Positions 27,950-39,256 are shown, counted from the first letter of the stretch. The stretch is 64,000 bases of DNA from Nitrosopumilus sp. (GCA_029255365.1 JAPFQF010000036.1:30237-94236), one strand, 5' to 3'. Numbers and translations: made by a program. The notes: generated by a model from the sequence alone, not told the origin.

Positions 27950-29230
27950 ATGATGTCTGAATCAAAGAAATTATTTAATCTTGCAAAAAAGGTAATTCCC
28001 TCAGGTGTTAATAGCCCTGTTAGGTATTTTGAGCCTTATCCATTTTTTACAAAAAAAGCAGATGGGGCATACATTTGGGATGTCGACAATAACCGATACA
28101 TTGACTATTGCAACGGTTACGGGGCATTGCTTTTAGGCCATAGGCGAAAAGAAATTATCCAATCTGTGACAAACCAACTTTCCAAAGGAACTCTTTATTG
28201 TACTCCAACTGAATCTGAAACAGAACTATCAAAATTGATTATTGGAAATTTTCCATCCATTGACAAAGTACGATTGATGAACACTGGTGGCGAGGCTACC
28301 ATGACTGCAATAAGACTGGCGCGAGGATTTACAAAAAAGAAAAAAATTATCAAATTCGAAGGATGCTATCATGGCGCACATGATTCTGTTTTGGTAAAAG
28401 CAGGATCCGGCTCTGCACATAACGGAATTTCTGTTTCTGATGGTGGATTAGACGAGGTTTCAAAAAATACTTTGGTTGTGGAATATAACAACACTGAAGA
28501 TCTGCAAAAGACAATTCAGAAAAATAAAGATGTTGCTGGGGTCATTGTGGAGCCCATTCTGGCAAACATGGGTTTGATTTTGCCTGAAAAGAACTTCTTA
28601 TCTGATTTACGAAAAATCACCAAAGAAAACAACATCCCGTTAATTTTTGACGAGGTGGTAACTGGTTTTAGAGTTGCACCCGGCGGAGCTCAGGAACATT
28701 TTGGAATAAAGCCCGACATTACAACCCTGGCCAAAGCTCTGAGTAACGGATTTACAATATCTGCAGTGGGCGGAAGAAAAGAGATTATGGACTTGCTCTC
28801 ACCTGGCGGCAAGGTTTACCAGGCAAGTACATTTGCAGGCAATCCTATATCTGTCATTGCCGCAATCAGCTCAATTAAGACGATAAACAAAATCAAAAAC
28901 AAACTATACTCTAAACTTGAACGGTTCAATTTGCGATTTTCCACCACTCTGGATGATGTGGCCACTGACATGAAAATTCCCCACCAGATCAATTTTACGG
29001 CCTCAATGTTTCAAATTTTCTTTACCGACAAGCCCGTTGTTGATTATAAAACATCAAAGAACGCAAATGCAAAGAAATTTCAAAAAATGTTCCAGACCTT
29101 GTTGAAAAAAGGGATATTCATCGCGCCATCACAGTTTGAAGTCGTTTTTCTATCTGATGCCCATACCGAAACTGACATAAACAAAACACTCGACGCATAC
29201 CGCTTTGCGTTAAAATCGGTGAAGAATTGA
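27950..29230 (+). CDS. hemL: Glutamate-1-semialdehyde 2,1-aminomutase
   Basis: GVNSPVR, FEGCYHG, FDEVVTGFR, YQASTFAGNP. Confidence 0.96.
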   Translation: MMSESKKLFNLAKKVIPSGVNSPVRYFEPYPFFTKKADGAYIWDVDNNRYIDYCNGYGALLLGHRRKEIIQSVTNQLSKGTLYCTPTESETELSKLIIGNFPSIDKVRLMNTGGEATMTAIRLARGFTKKKKIIKFEGCYHGAHDSVLVKAGSGSAHNGISVSDGGLDEVSKNTLVVEYNNTEDLQKTIQKNKDVAGVIVEPILANMGLILPEKNFLSDLRKITKENNIPLIFDEVVTGFRVAPGGAQEHFGIKPDITTLAKALSNGFTISAVGGRKEIMDLLSPGGKVYQASTFAGNPISVIAAISSIKTINKIKNKLYSKLERFNLRFSTTLDDVATDMKIPHQINFTASMFQIFFTDKPVVDYKTSKNANAKKFQKMFQTLLKKGIFIAPSQFEVVFLSDAHTETDINKTLDAYRFALKSVKN

Positions 29231-30162
29231 AGTACATAGTTGGAGCCAGGGGGAGTCAGTTATCTCTTGCACAAACTAACTGGGTTATTTCTGAACTAAA
29301 AAAAGTAAACCCCGGTTGTGATTATGAAATCAAAACAATCATTACAAAGGGCGATACTGATACTAGGCCATTATTTGCAATAGATCAAAAAGGAATTTTT
29401 GAAAAAGAGATTGACAGGGCGGTTGCTCTGAAGGAAGTGGATTTTGCAGTACACAGTTTGAAGGACGTTCCATCAGAACTGGAAGAAAACCTTGTCCTTG
29501 CATCTGTTCCAAAACGAGAGGCAGTAAATGACGTATTCATCTCTTCAGACGGTTCTACATTGGATGATATCAAGGCAGGCTCTGTAGTCGGAACCAGCTC
29601 ACTTCGACGTGCAGTGCAAGTTTCAAGAAAAAGACCTGACGTAATTGTAAAACCAATTCGCGGAAACATTGAAACAAGAATCAAAAAAATATCCGGAGAA
29701 ACATATGATGCGGTAGTTCTTGCACAGGCGGGAATCTCGAGACTCGGGGTTGATGTAAAATTCACTCCTTTATCCATGGATGACTTTTCTCCATCGCCTG
29801 GGCAGGGTGCAATTGCTATAGTTGCAAGGGCGGATGACTCTGAAACAATTTCAATGTTAAAAAAAATCGAAGACGCTGATTCCCGCTTAGAGATTGAGGC
29901 TGAGCGCTCTCTTTCTGACTATGTTGATTCTGGATGCAGATTTCCTTTGGGTGCATATGCGAAATCAAATGGCGCCGAGATGACCTTGAGCGTATCAGCA
30001 TTCTCTGTAGATGGGAAGCAGTCCATACATGTAGAGAAAACTGGAAACAAGGATGATCCCAAATCTTTGGGAAGAATTGTTGGAGAAGAGCTGCGTACGA
30101 AAGGAGTTAATGATCTTGCATTAAATTGGAGAGCAAAAGTGGAGGAGTGGAATAAATCATGA
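29227..30162 (+). CDS. hemC: Hydroxymethylbilane synthase
   Basis: GARGSQLSLAQ, VHSLKDVP, GTSSLRR, RGNIETR, GC cofactor site. Confidence 0.96.
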   Translation: MKYIVGARGSQLSLAQTNWVISELKKVNPGCDYEIKTIITKGDTDTRPLFAIDQKGIFEKEIDRAVALKEVDFAVHSLKDVPSELEENLVLASVPKREAVNDVFISSDGSTLDDIKAGSVVGTSSLRRAVQVSRKRPDVIVKPIRGNIETRIKKISGETYDAVVLAQAGISRLGVDVKFTPLSMDDFSPSPGQGAIAIVARADDSETISMLKKIEDADSRLEIEAERSLSDYVDSGCRFPLGAYAKSNGAEMTLSVSAFSVDGKQSIHVEKTGNKDDPKSLGRIVGEELRTKGVNDLALNWRAKVEEWNKS

Positions 30163-30899
30163 CTGGAAAAGTGTATCTTGTTGGTGCAGGGCCTGGGGAC
30201 AGCAAATTGATCACGCTGCGAGCAGTCGAATTACTTGAAAAAGCAGACGTTGTCCTGTACGACAGGCTAGTCAGCAAGAAAATCATCTCGATGATTCCGA
30301 AATCTGCAGAAAAACTCTATGTCGGCCGCGCAGTGGGCGATGATACAACTCACCAAAACACAACCAACGATTTGATGGTAAAATATGCAAAATCTAAAAA
30401 AAATATAGTCAGACTAAAGGGCGGCGATCCTATTATCTTTGGACGTGGTGGGGAAGAGGCAGAGTTTCTCAAAGCAAACAAAATAAAATATGAGATTGTT
30501 CCCGGCATTACTTCCGGAATCGGCTCTGCAACATATGCTGGCATTCCTCTGACTCACAGAAAATATGCTTCATCTGTAGTCTTTGTAACGGGACATGAAG
30601 ATCCTGAAAAGAAAAAAGAGATTGTCAAATGGAAGAATCTTGCAAAGTCTGTCGATACAATTGTAATTATGATGGGCCTTTCACGAATCGATGTTATCTG
30701 TAAACAACTTATCGCCGGAGGGTTGGACAAAAAAACCCCCGTGGCTGTAATTCAAAACGGAACCACTCCCCAACAAAAAATGATTAAAGGGACTGTGACA
30801 AACATTGCAAAAAAAGTCAAAGAAAACAAAATCACTCCCCCCACAAACATCATTATTGGCAAGGTGGTTGACTTGTCAGAAACTATCGGGTGGAAATAA
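30159..30899 (+). CDS. cobA: Uroporphyrinogen-III C-methyltransferase
   Basis: VYLVGAGPGD, RLKGGDP, VPGITS. Confidence 0.95.
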   Translation: MTGKVYLVGAGPGDSKLITLRAVELLEKADVVLYDRLVSKKIISMIPKSAEKLYVGRAVGDDTTHQNTTNDLMVKYAKSKKNIVRLKGGDPIIFGRGGEEAEFLKANKIKYEIVPGITSGIGSATYAGIPLTHRKYASSVVFVTGHEDPEKKKEIVKWKNLAKSVDTIVIMMGLSRIDVICKQLIAGGLDKKTPVAVIQNGTTPQQKMIKGTVTNIAKKVKENKITPPTNIIIGKVVDLSETIGWK

Positions 30900-31696
30900 T
30901 GCTTGACGGAAAAACAATTGCAATTACACGCTCACAAGACGACGCTTCGGAATTCATCTCTCTGGCCAACCAAAACAATGCGACACCAATCCCGTTGCCT
31001 ACGATTGAGCTTGTGAGCAAGGGCGAAAAAATCGTCAACGAGTTTCTAGAATCTGTTGAACGATACGATCCTGACTATTCTGTTTTTATGAGTTCTAAGG
31101 CTGTCAAATTACTATTCGATACTGCAAGGAATGTCGGCAAGCTGGAGAAACTGCAACTGGCAGTTGCAAATACAACCGTGATGTCTGTCGGACCTAAAAC
31201 AACTATTGCCCTTGAATCTGAAGGAATCAAAGTTAATCATCAGCCCACAACTTTCTCCTCGGTGGGCGTTGGAGAAGAGTTTACAAACCTTCACGCTGTC
31301 GGCAAAAAAGTAATCATTCCCCGCAGCGGTGCATCCACTCCGTTTCTAAAAGAACTGCTGAACAAAATCGGGATTGATGTCTTGGAGATTCACCTGTATG
31401 ACGTATGTGCATTCAGAGACACCACTCAATGGAATGGATTCAGAGATCTGTTCTCTCAAAACAAAATCGACGGCGTTGTATTTACCAGTGCATCGTCTGT
31501 CAGGGGGTTCTTTGAGATAATGTCAAAGGACTATGCGATGGGTTCATTGCTTGACAATTTGGAAAAATTATCTGTGGTCTCTATTGGCCCATTCACGTCA
31601 GACGAGTTAAAAAAATTCAAAGTTCAAAACACCGTCGCTGAAGTTCATACCGTTGCTGGTGCTTTTGATGCCATGAAAAGCACATTTGCTGTTTGA
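30899..31696 (+). CDS. hemD: Uroporphyrinogen-III synthase
   Basis: IAITR, VGPKT, FTSASSV, SIGPFT. Confidence 0.9.
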   Translation: MLDGKTIAITRSQDDASEFISLANQNNATPIPLPTIELVSKGEKIVNEFLESVERYDPDYSVFMSSKAVKLLFDTARNVGKLEKLQLAVANTTVMSVGPKTTIALESEGIKVNHQPTTFSSVGVGEEFTNLHAVGKKVIIPRSGASTPFLKELLNKIGIDVLEIHLYDVCAFRDTTQWNGFRDLFSQNKIDGVVFTSASSVRGFFEIMSKDYAMGSLLDNLEKLSVVSIGPFTSDELKKFKVQNTVAEVHTVAGAFDAMKSTFAV

Positions 31697-31703
31697 TCAA
31701 AAA

Positions 31704-31731
31704 TTTAGCTGAAGCTATTTAGCTGTGCCTA
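31704..31731 (+). promoter_or_regulatory. Two tandem TTTAGCTnnnnCTA boxes upstream of sufB
   Basis: TTTAGCTGAAGCTA TTTAGCTGTGCCTA; same motif upstream of sufC. Confidence 0.5.
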
Positions 31732-31773
31732 TTTTTCCTCATGTATTTATAATATAACGGGGTTATGATAGAC

Positions 31774-33174
31774 ATGACTGCTGAAAATTTGGATATGGAT
31801 TATTCAAAATATGACTTTAAGGATTCTACCGAACTGTATGTTCACCTTAGCAAGAAAGGGCTGTCTAAGGAAACTGTAATTGAAATTAGTAAAATGAAGG
31901 ATGAGCCACAATGGATGCTTGATTTTAGACTACGTTCTTATGATATTTTTATGAAAAAGCCAATGCCAACTTGGGGCGGAGATCTTACCCAAATCGATTT
32001 CCAAAACATCTACTATTATGCAAAAGCGTCTGAAAAAGTGGAAAAGAACTGGGATGATGTGCCAGACAATGTCAAAAAAACATTTGACAAACTTGGAATT
32101 CCAGAGGCTGAAAAGAAATTCCTAGCTGGCGTCGGCGCACAATACGAATCCGAAGTCGTATATCACAGTCTGAGGGAAGACTTGGCAAAACAAGGAGTTC
32201 TCTTTTTAGATACCGATGCAGCTCTGAAAGAACATCCGGAGCTATTCAAAAAATACTTTGGCAAGATCATTCCTCCGGAGGATAACAAATTTGCAGCACT
32301 AAACAGTGCAGTTTGGAGTGGCGGCTCTTTCATCTATGTTCCACCAGGCGTCCATATTGACATGCCTTTGCAAGCATACTTTAGAATTAATGCAGAAAAC
32401 ATCGGTCAGTTCGAAAGAACATTGATCATTGTAGATGAAGGCGCAGAAGTACATTACATTGAAGGATGTACCGCTCCCGTGTATTCCTCTGAATCACTTC
32501 ACTCTGCAGTTGTAGAACTAGTTGCACTCAAAGATGCAAAACTAAGATACACTACAATTCAGAACTGGAGTGCAGATGTTTACAACCTTGTTACAAAACG
32601 TGCTTATGCGCATGAAGGTGCAACCGTGGAATGGATTGATGGAAACATTGGCAGCAAACTGACAATGAAATATCCTGGCGTCTATCTTATGGGAGAAAGA
32701 GCATATGGCGAAACACTTTCTATCGCATTTGCAGGCAAAGGACAACATCAGGACACAGGCGCTAAGATGGTTCATCTTGCACCAAATACAACTTCCAAAG
32801 TCACATCAAAGTCGGTAAGCAGACTGAATGGACGTTCAACTTACAGAGGAATGCTACATGTGGCAAAAGGCGCTACCGGCGTGAAGTCTACTGTAAGATG
32901 CGATGCATTACTCTTAGACGATACATCCAAAACAGATACCTATCCATACATGGAAATCAATCAGGAAGATGCAACAATCACTCACGAAGCAACCGTTGGA
33001 AAAATTGGCGATGACCAAATCTTCTATCTTATGACCAGAGGATTCAGCGAGGAAGACGCACTATCTCTAATTGTTAACGGTTTCATGGAACCATTCACAA
33101 AAGAATTGCCGATGGAGTATGCCGTTGAATTAAACAGACTCATTAAACTTGAGATGGATGACTCTGTAGGATAG
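31774..33174 (+). CDS. sufB: Fe-S cluster assembly protein SufB
   Basis: [36 protein letters not shown]. Confidence 0.97.
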   Translation: MTAENLDMDYSKYDFKDSTELYVHLSKKGLSKETVIEISKMKDEPQWMLDFRLRSYDIFMKKPMPTWGGDLTQIDFQNIYYYAKASEKVEKNWDDVPDNVKKTFDKLGIPEAEKKFLAGVGAQYESEVVYHSLREDLAKQGVLFLDTDAALKEHPELFKKYFGKIIPPEDNKFAALNSAVWSGGSFIYVPPGVHIDMPLQAYFRINAENIGQFERTLIIVDEGAEVHYIEGCTAPVYSSESLHSAVVELVALKDAKLRYTTIQNWSADVYNLVTKRAYAHEGATVEWIDGNIGSKLTMKYPGVYLMGERAYGETLSIAFAGKGQHQDTGAKMVHLAPNTTSKVTSKSVSRLNGRSTYRGMLHVAKGATGVKSTVRCDALLLDDTSKTDTYPYMEINQEDATITHEATVGKIGDDQIFYLMTRGFSEEDALSLIVNGFMEPFTKELPMEYAVELNRLIKLEMDDSVG

Positions 33175-33202
33175 CCTTCTAAAAACATAATTTTGATAAA
33201 TC

Positions 33203-34603
33203 ATGTCTCAAGCAATCCTTTCAAAACTCAGCACCGCTGATATCGATGAACTTTCTTCATCCAGAAACGAACCTAGTTGGTTGAAAGATTACAGAAAGAG
33301 TTCGTTGATTATCTATGATGGTCTGCCTCTTGAACTGTCTCCTCTGTACAACAAATACACTGATGCAAAAAAAATGGACCCGGAAAAAGTATCTCTTTCG
33401 ACATCCACAACTACAAATGTTCCTGGCTTTCTTGTAAAAAGACTGAGTGAACTGGAAAATGAAATATGTATTATTCAAATCGGCACCAATATTCATAAAA
33501 TAAATCTCCCTGACGATTTAAAATCCAAGGGGCTGGTAATCTCCTCGATATCTGATGCAATCAAAAACAACCCCGAACTGGTAAGAAAGGCGTTGGAGGC
33601 CTCCAAGTCTCAAGATGATAAATTTACAGCGCTAAACAATGCCGCATTCAATTCTGGAATATTCATTCACATTCCGCGAAATTTGGTGCTAGACAAACCG
33701 ATTTACTTTATGACATGTTTGTCAGATGATGACAATTCCGTAATCTCTAGAAACATAATATTTGCAGATGAGAGCAGCAAGGCCGCAATTGTCCAGGAAC
33801 AATATTCCCCTAAAACTGAAGCACAGCAGGCATATCTTGAATTATTAAACACAAATCTTGCAGCAAATGCACAACTGGATATTACCACTCTGCAAATGAT
33901 GGACCAACACGCTGTAACCTTTACGACCAGACGGACAGATCTGGCAAAAGATTCTAAAGTAAATTGGTATTCTGGATTGTTCGGATCTATGCTATCCAGA
34001 TACAAAATCGAATATTTTCTTAATGGATCAGGCGCATCATCTAATGATTCTGAGGTGGTATTTGGAAACAACGAGCAGTCATTTGACATCCAAACCGATG
34101 TTAACCATGAGAGCCCATCCACTGAGGGGAGGGTAGTCGAAAAATCCATTCTAAGAAACAAATCAAAATCTCTCTTTAAGGGAATGATTAGAATCAAAGA
34201 AAATGCATCTAAATCAAATTCATTCTTGTCTGGCCGTTCAATTCTGTTGGACAAGGATGCAAAGTCAGATTCAATTCCCGGATTGGAAATTTTCACTAAC
34301 GATGTAAAGGCCACCCACTCTGCATCTGTTGCACAAATTGACGAGGAACAGATTTTTTATCTTAGAACCAGATGCCTTACCCGCGAAGAAGCCGAAAGAA
34401 CAATCGTTGAAGGGTTCTTGGAGCCACTTTCCAGAAAAATGTCTTTTCAAGTTAGGGCATGGATTGCTTACCTTATTGAATCTAAATGGGAGAACAAAGA
34501 ACTTACAATTAACACTGATGAAGAACTAGCCAAATTTGTTGAAATTGAAGAGACTCGTTACGACGAAGACTCTGAGATGGAAAAACACTACAAGTATCGG
34601 TGA
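33203..34603 (+). CDS. sufD: Fe-S cluster assembly protein SufD
   Basis: PGLEIFTNDVKATHSASV, FYLRTR. Confidence 0.93.
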   Translation: MSQAILSKLSTADIDELSSSRNEPSWLKDYRKSSLIIYDGLPLELSPLYNKYTDAKKMDPEKVSLSTSTTTNVPGFLVKRLSELENEICIIQIGTNIHKINLPDDLKSKGLVISSISDAIKNNPELVRKALEASKSQDDKFTALNNAAFNSGIFIHIPRNLVLDKPIYFMTCLSDDDNSVISRNIIFADESSKAAIVQEQYSPKTEAQQAYLELLNTNLAANAQLDITTLQMMDQHAVTFTTRRTDLAKDSKVNWYSGLFGSMLSRYKIEYFLNGSGASSNDSEVVFGNNEQSFDIQTDVNHESPSTEGRVVEKSILRNKSKSLFKGMIRIKENASKSNSFLSGRSILLDKDAKSDSIPGLEIFTNDVKATHSASVAQIDEEQIFYLRTRCLTREEAERTIVEGFLEPLSRKMSFQVRAWIAYLIESKWENKELTINTDEELAKFVEIEETRYDEDSEMEKHYKYR

Positions 34604-34607
34604 TATT

Positions 34608-34916
34608 TTGTCTGAATGGATTAAAGCTTGTACTTTGGCGCAGGTAAAGGAAGGCCAACTTTTCGGATTTATTCACGGTGATAAGAAACTGCTTATTGCA
34701 AATCTCAAGGGAAAAATTCATGCGACTGACTTAATTTGCACGCATGCTGACGCAGATCTTTCAACCGGATTTCTAAGCGAAGAAGGCGTACGTTGCCCGC
34801 TGCACCTCTCTGTCTTTAATTTAGTCAACGGCGAACCGCAAAATCTTCCTGCTGAAGCACCTCTAAAAATTTACAATGTTAAAATAGATGCCGACGAAAT
34901 TTACGTGGAGATTTAA
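34608..34916 (+). CDS. Rieske-type [2Fe-2S] ferredoxin
   Basis: CTH...CPLH; TTG start 34608. Confidence 0.9.
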   Translation: MSEWIKACTLAQVKEGQLFGFIHGDKKLLIANLKGKIHATDLICTHADADLSTGFLSEEGVRCPLHLSVFNLVNGEPQNLPAEAPLKIYNVKIDADEIYVEI

Positions 34917-34919
34917 AAT

Positions 34920-36164
34920 ATGCAAAGTACAGAGTCTCTATTTGAAAATCTGAGAAAAGATTTTCCAATTCTAAAAAGAACCGTCAGGGACAACAAGCGT
35001 CTTGTCTATCTTGACAATGCGTCCACAACACAAAAGCCAAACCAGGTCATTGATGCCATTACTGATTATTACCAAAACCACAATGCAAATATCCACAGGG
35101 CAGTCTATGCACTAGCTGAAGAATCAACTGAGGCGTATGAGGCAACCCGAGACAAAATTGCCGATTTCATCAACATAAAAAACCGCCAAGAGATAATCTT
35201 TGTTCGAGGGACAACAGAGGCAATCAATCTTGTTGCCTATTCTTGGGGCAGGCCTCACATCAAAGAAGGTGACATTATCGTCACTACTGAATACGAACAC
35301 CACAGTAACATTGTGCCATGGCAACTTCTTGTTAAGGAGAAGGGCGCAAAATTGGAATACATTGGAATGAACGATGGCGGCGAATTGATTTTAGATGATC
35401 TTGACAAACATCTTGCAACAGGCAAAGTAAAACTTGTAACATTTAGCCTGATGTCAAATGTTCTTGGAACAATTACTGACGCCAAAAAGATCATTGAAAA
35501 ATGCAAAGCCGCAGGCGTTCTAACTTTGATTGATGGCGCTCAAGCAGTTCCACACATGAAAGTTGATATTGAAAAATTAGGATGCGACTTTTTTGCATTT
35601 TCTGGCCATAAGATGCTGGGGCCAACTGGAATTGGAGTTTTATGGGCTAAAAAATCTGTTCTGGAAACAATGGTCCCATTTCATGGCGGCGGCGATATGA
35701 TTAGAGAAGTTCACAAATATGAGGCTACTTGGAATGATCTACCTTACAAATTTGAAGCTGGCACTCCAAACATTGCAGACGTCATTGGATTTGGAGCTGC
35801 AATCGACTATCTTGTTAAAATTGGAATGGACAATGTGCGTGAACATGAAATTGAGCTAACAAAATATGCCATGGAAAAACTATCCGCAGTCAAAGGACTT
35901 CGCATCTACGGCACAAAAGATATTTCAAAACGCGGCGGGGTCATATCATTTAATTTTTCAGATGTTCACCCACACGATGTTGCTCAGATTGTTGACGGGG
36001 AAGGGATTGCAGTCAGATCTGGCCATCACTGTGCACAAGTGCTGATGGAGAGACTGAATGTTGCAGCCACATCAAGGGCCAGCTTTTACATTTACAACAC
36101 TAAGCAAGACATTGATATTCTGGTAAATGCGTTAAATATTGTGGCAAAGGTGTTCAAGTTATGA
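34920..36164 (+). CDS. sufS: Cysteine desulfurase SufS
   Basis: YLDNASTTQKP, SGHKMLGPTG, RSGHHCA. Confidence 0.96.
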   Translation: MQSTESLFENLRKDFPILKRTVRDNKRLVYLDNASTTQKPNQVIDAITDYYQNHNANIHRAVYALAEESTEAYEATRDKIADFINIKNRQEIIFVRGTTEAINLVAYSWGRPHIKEGDIIVTTEYEHHSNIVPWQLLVKEKGAKLEYIGMNDGGELILDDLDKHLATGKVKLVTFSLMSNVLGTITDAKKIIEKCKAAGVLTLIDGAQAVPHMKVDIEKLGCDFFAFSGHKMLGPTGIGVLWAKKSVLETMVPFHGGGDMIREVHKYEATWNDLPYKFEAGTPNIADVIGFGAAIDYLVKIGMDNVREHEIELTKYAMEKLSAVKGLRIYGTKDISKRGGVISFNFSDVHPHDVAQIVDGEGIAVRSGHHCAQVLMERLNVAATSRASFYIYNTKQDIDILVNALNIVAKVFKL

Positions 36165-36604
36165 GTGGCAATGCGGATATTTACCATGAGATGATAGTTG
36201 ATTATTCAAGAAACCCGATTAACTATGGTCAGATTGAAAACCACGATGTAACATTTCACGACTCCAACCCACTTTGTGGCGACAGCATTGATATTGATAT
36301 AAAAATTGACGAAAACAAAATCACTGATATCAAGTTCCATGGGAAGGGGTGTGCAATTTGCATGGCCTGCTCTTCCGTTCTGACTGAAATTACAAAGGGA
36401 AAGAGTATCGACGAGGCAAGGACAATTGAAAAACATGACGTCTTGAGCGAACTAGGCCTTGAGCATCTTCAGGCAGTCAGAATAAAATGCGCGTTGCTTT
36501 CTCTCAAGGTGCTCAAATCTGCGCTTTATACCTACATTGGAAAGAACCTGAGTGATGCCGAAGATGTGGATAAACTAAAAACAGAGGCAGAAAATCTGTA
36601 CTAG
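36161..36604 (+). CDS. sufU: SufU/IscU-type scaffold protein
   Basis: NPLCGD, GCAICMA, RIKCALL. Confidence 0.9.
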   Translation: MSGNADIYHEMIVDYSRNPINYGQIENHDVTFHDSNPLCGDSIDIDIKIDENKITDIKFHGKGCAICMACSSVLTEITKGKSIDEARTIEKHDVLSELGLEHLQAVRIKCALLSLKVLKSALYTYIGKNLSDAEDVDKLKTEAENLY

Positions 36605-36605
36605 T

Positions 36606-36953
36606 ATGAGTGACTTTGTCCCTGAAATCCCTATAGCACTTCAGATAAGAAAAATAATCTTTGAAAAATTCAACGACGTTGACACCAAATTTACAAACGA
36701 TGATATTTTTGAAACCCTACAGTCAAACGGTGACCTGGACCCATCTTGGATAATTGACGACACCGAGTCATTTTTTACAGACATTTGCAATTCTGGCCTC
36801 GCAAGAAACATTGCTCAGAATTTGACCACCATGTATCTGAAATTATTTGATCCTATTGAGAAATTCCATTGCAAATCTTGTGACAATGATGTCTATATGG
36901 GACTGTCTGAAGAAAGACTGTGCCCTAACACTTCTTGCAGATCTGTTATTTAG
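36606..36953 (+). CDS. Hypothetical protein with C-terminal Zn ribbon
   Basis: CKSC...CPNTSC. Confidence 0.75.
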   Translation: MSDFVPEIPIALQIRKIIFEKFNDVDTKFTNDDIFETLQSNGDLDPSWIIDDTESFFTDICNSGLARNIAQNLTTMYLKLFDPIEKFHCKSCDNDVYMGLSEERLCPNTSCRSVI

Positions 36954-38172
36954 ATTTGTATTTTATTACAGCATCCTCTAACGCTTTGATCATTGGCAGT
37001 TTTTCCCCTGTAAGGTAAAGTACCAACGCGCCACCTGCCGTACTGACATGGTTGATTTTGTCTGCCAATCCCTGCTGTTTTAGCGCTGTAGTGAGATGTC
37101 CTCCGCTTACAATGGTCGTTGCCATGGAGTTTGCAACTGCGTTGAGAAGTGCTTTTGTTCCATAGCTGAAATTTTCTTTTTCAAAAAATCCTGCAGGCCC
37201 GCTGATGAATACCGTTCCCGCACCTGCAATTAATTTTGAATAATATTCCACGGTCTTTGGACCCAAGTCTAATATTTTGTCCCCTTTGCCCATCTCTCTT
37301 ACATCCATCTCCACCCTTTGCCCCTCTCTGTCGATTGCAATGTCAACTGGCGTTGCAAACACATCTGGATATTCTCCAATCAGCGAGTGAGCTTTTGCAA
37401 CAACCTCGTCTTCTCGTTTTATTCCAAGCGGTGACTTGATTCTAGCTTGAGCACGCATGAACACATTGCCAATCAATCCTGTTAACAGAACGTGATCTGC
37501 ACGCCCGTTCTGAATCAATAATTTTATCGCCTCCAACCTGTCTGGAATTTTAGATCCTCCTAAGATAATTACGTGTGGGGCTTTGGCCACTGTCATTATT
37601 TCATTCAGATTTCTGACTTCTCTCTCTACAATTCGCCCCGCACATGCTGGCAATACTTGTGCAAATCCCACAATTGACGGGTGTGACCTATGCGCACTTG
37701 GAAATGAATCTAATACACACAAATCAAATAATTTTGATAATCTGGACACCATGATTGTTTTAGCTGCATTTTCTGGAGTAAACTCGTAATTTTCCTCAGC
37801 ACATAATCGAAGATTGTCCAAAAGTAAAATTTCGCCGTCTTTTAGATTTTTGATTGCATCCTGTGCAGCTTCGCCAATGGTGTCTTCGACATATTTTATT
37901 TCTCTACCCATTAATTTTTCAAGAACTTTGGCATGCTTGTCCATTCCAGTGTACTCGCTATTTCCAACCCTACCTTGATGTGAGCCGATTACAACTTTTG
38001 ACTCTTTTAACGATTGTAGGGTTTCAATCGCCTCCTCAATTCTTTTAGTGCCTGAAATCTCTCGTGTTTGAGGATCTATTGGGCAGTTCATGTCCACTCT
38101 CAAAAAAACGGTCTTACCTTTTAGGTCAAAATCATCTAATGTGAGAACCTTCACAACCTGTCTATTGTGCAC
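36946..38172 (-). CDS. pgk: Phosphoglycerate kinase
   Basis: LRVDMN, SHQGR, AHRSH, GPAGFFE, HVSTAGGA. Confidence 0.96.
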   Translation of the reverse strand: MHNRQVVKVLTLDDFDLKGKTVFLRVDMNCPIDPQTREISGTKRIEEAIETLQSLKESKVVIGSHQGRVGNSEYTGMDKHAKVLEKLMGREIKYVEDTIGEAAQDAIKNLKDGEILLLDNLRLCAEENYEFTPENAAKTIMVSRLSKLFDLCVLDSFPSAHRSHPSIVGFAQVLPACAGRIVEREVRNLNEIMTVAKAPHVIILGGSKIPDRLEAIKLLIQNGRADHVLLTGLIGNVFMRAQARIKSPLGIKREDEVVAKAHSLIGEYPDVFATPVDIAIDREGQRVEMDVREMGKGDKILDLGPKTVEYYSKLIAGAGTVFISGPAGFFEKENFSYGTKALLNAVANSMATTIVSGGHLTTALKQQGLADKINHVSTAGGALVLYLTGEKLPMIKALEDAVIKYKSK

Positions 38173-38287
38173 TTGGTTAAATTCTTTGAGCCGATCAAAA
38201 TTGTTTTCTTTATTTCATTTTCAACCACGTGTTTCAAAACTTATCCATTGACAAAAATTAAAAGACACGTGTTTGAGGTTTTGTTAA

Positions 38288-38956
38288 TTGCAAAATTGGA
38301 TTTTTGATATCAGGTCTCGCTCATTCGTTCTTCTTACAATTTTATTTCTAATTGTTACATCCATGGTGTATTTTGGAATTACAGAAAACTTTGATCATAT
38401 CATAGTATTGTTTTTCTCTGAAAATGTTGGAAACCCTTCCCTTGATCTCATAATGCAATCTATAACAGAAAGCGGTGAGGCTTTGTGGATGATGGGTTTT
38501 GCAATTCTGATACTGATAATTCCAAGAACCCGGAGAGTGGGGGTTACTTTGATGATACTGATTGTAATTTCTACATTGCTTACTGGCTATGTCAAGTGCG
38601 GTGTTGACCGTGACAGGCCTGATTTTGAGTACGAATCAGCTGCATTTCCTGTCCCTGTGAGCAAGGATACATTTGCCTTGTTTTGTGATGGCGGATACGA
38701 TGCCTCGTATCCTTCGGGTCATGCGGCAAGGTCTGTGATATTTGCAATCATTTTGGGATATGCTCTGTCTGAAAGATTTCCACGCGGCGCGTATCTGATG
38801 TTCTTGTATCCTATTCTGATCTCATTAAGCAGACTCTACGTTTTGGAACATTATCCTATGGATGTGATTGGCGGTACTGTGGTTGGGGTTATGTTGGCTG
38901 GAGTCATGGCAAAGAGAACAAAACTTTACAAAATTTTTGACAAATCAAAAACCTAG
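38288..38956 (+). CDS. PAP2 family phosphatase
   Basis: K...RDRP, PSGH, SRLYVLEHYPMDV. Confidence 0.92.
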   Translation: MQNWIFDIRSRSFVLLTILFLIVTSMVYFGITENFDHIIVLFFSENVGNPSLDLIMQSITESGEALWMMGFAILILIIPRTRRVGVTLMILIVISTLLTGYVKCGVDRDRPDFEYESAAFPVPVSKDTFALFCDGGYDASYPSGHAARSVIFAIILGYALSERFPRGAYLMFLYPILISLSRLYVLEHYPMDVIGGTVVGVMLAGVMAKRTKLYKIFDKSKT

Positions 38957-39256
38957 TTCTGTCAAAACATCCCGATGTATCAAAACTATTGCATAGTGGT
39001 CATCGTCATGATGGTATGTCCAATACTTGATATCCCTGTCTTCGTTTTTTTGTCTTAGACCTGTGGTGATTCCTGTTGTCACAGTGTACCCTATTCTTTT
39101 AGCGTTTTTTGGCTCTTTTGGCATCAGGACCTTATACCCTTCTTTTTTTCCTTTAAATCCAAGATTTACCATCTCTTCTACTGCAACCATTGCCTCTTTC
39201 TCATCTTTGACATCGAATGTTTTTGATATTGACAAATCTTTTGGATGGAATTCCAT
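38945..39256 (-). CDS. Hypothetical protein
   Basis: 103-aa ORF with ATG and upstream AT-rich promoter. Confidence 0.7.
   Translation of the reverse strand: MEFHPKDLSISKTFDVKDEKEAMVAVEEMVNLGFKGKKEGYKVLMPKEPKNAKRIGYTVTTGITTGLRQKNEDRDIKYWTYHHDDDHYAIVLIHRDVLTELGF

Noticed and set aside
38226-38274. CACGTGTTT repeated 40 bp apart between pgk and PAP2
   Set aside because: Short; chance occurrence cannot be excluded
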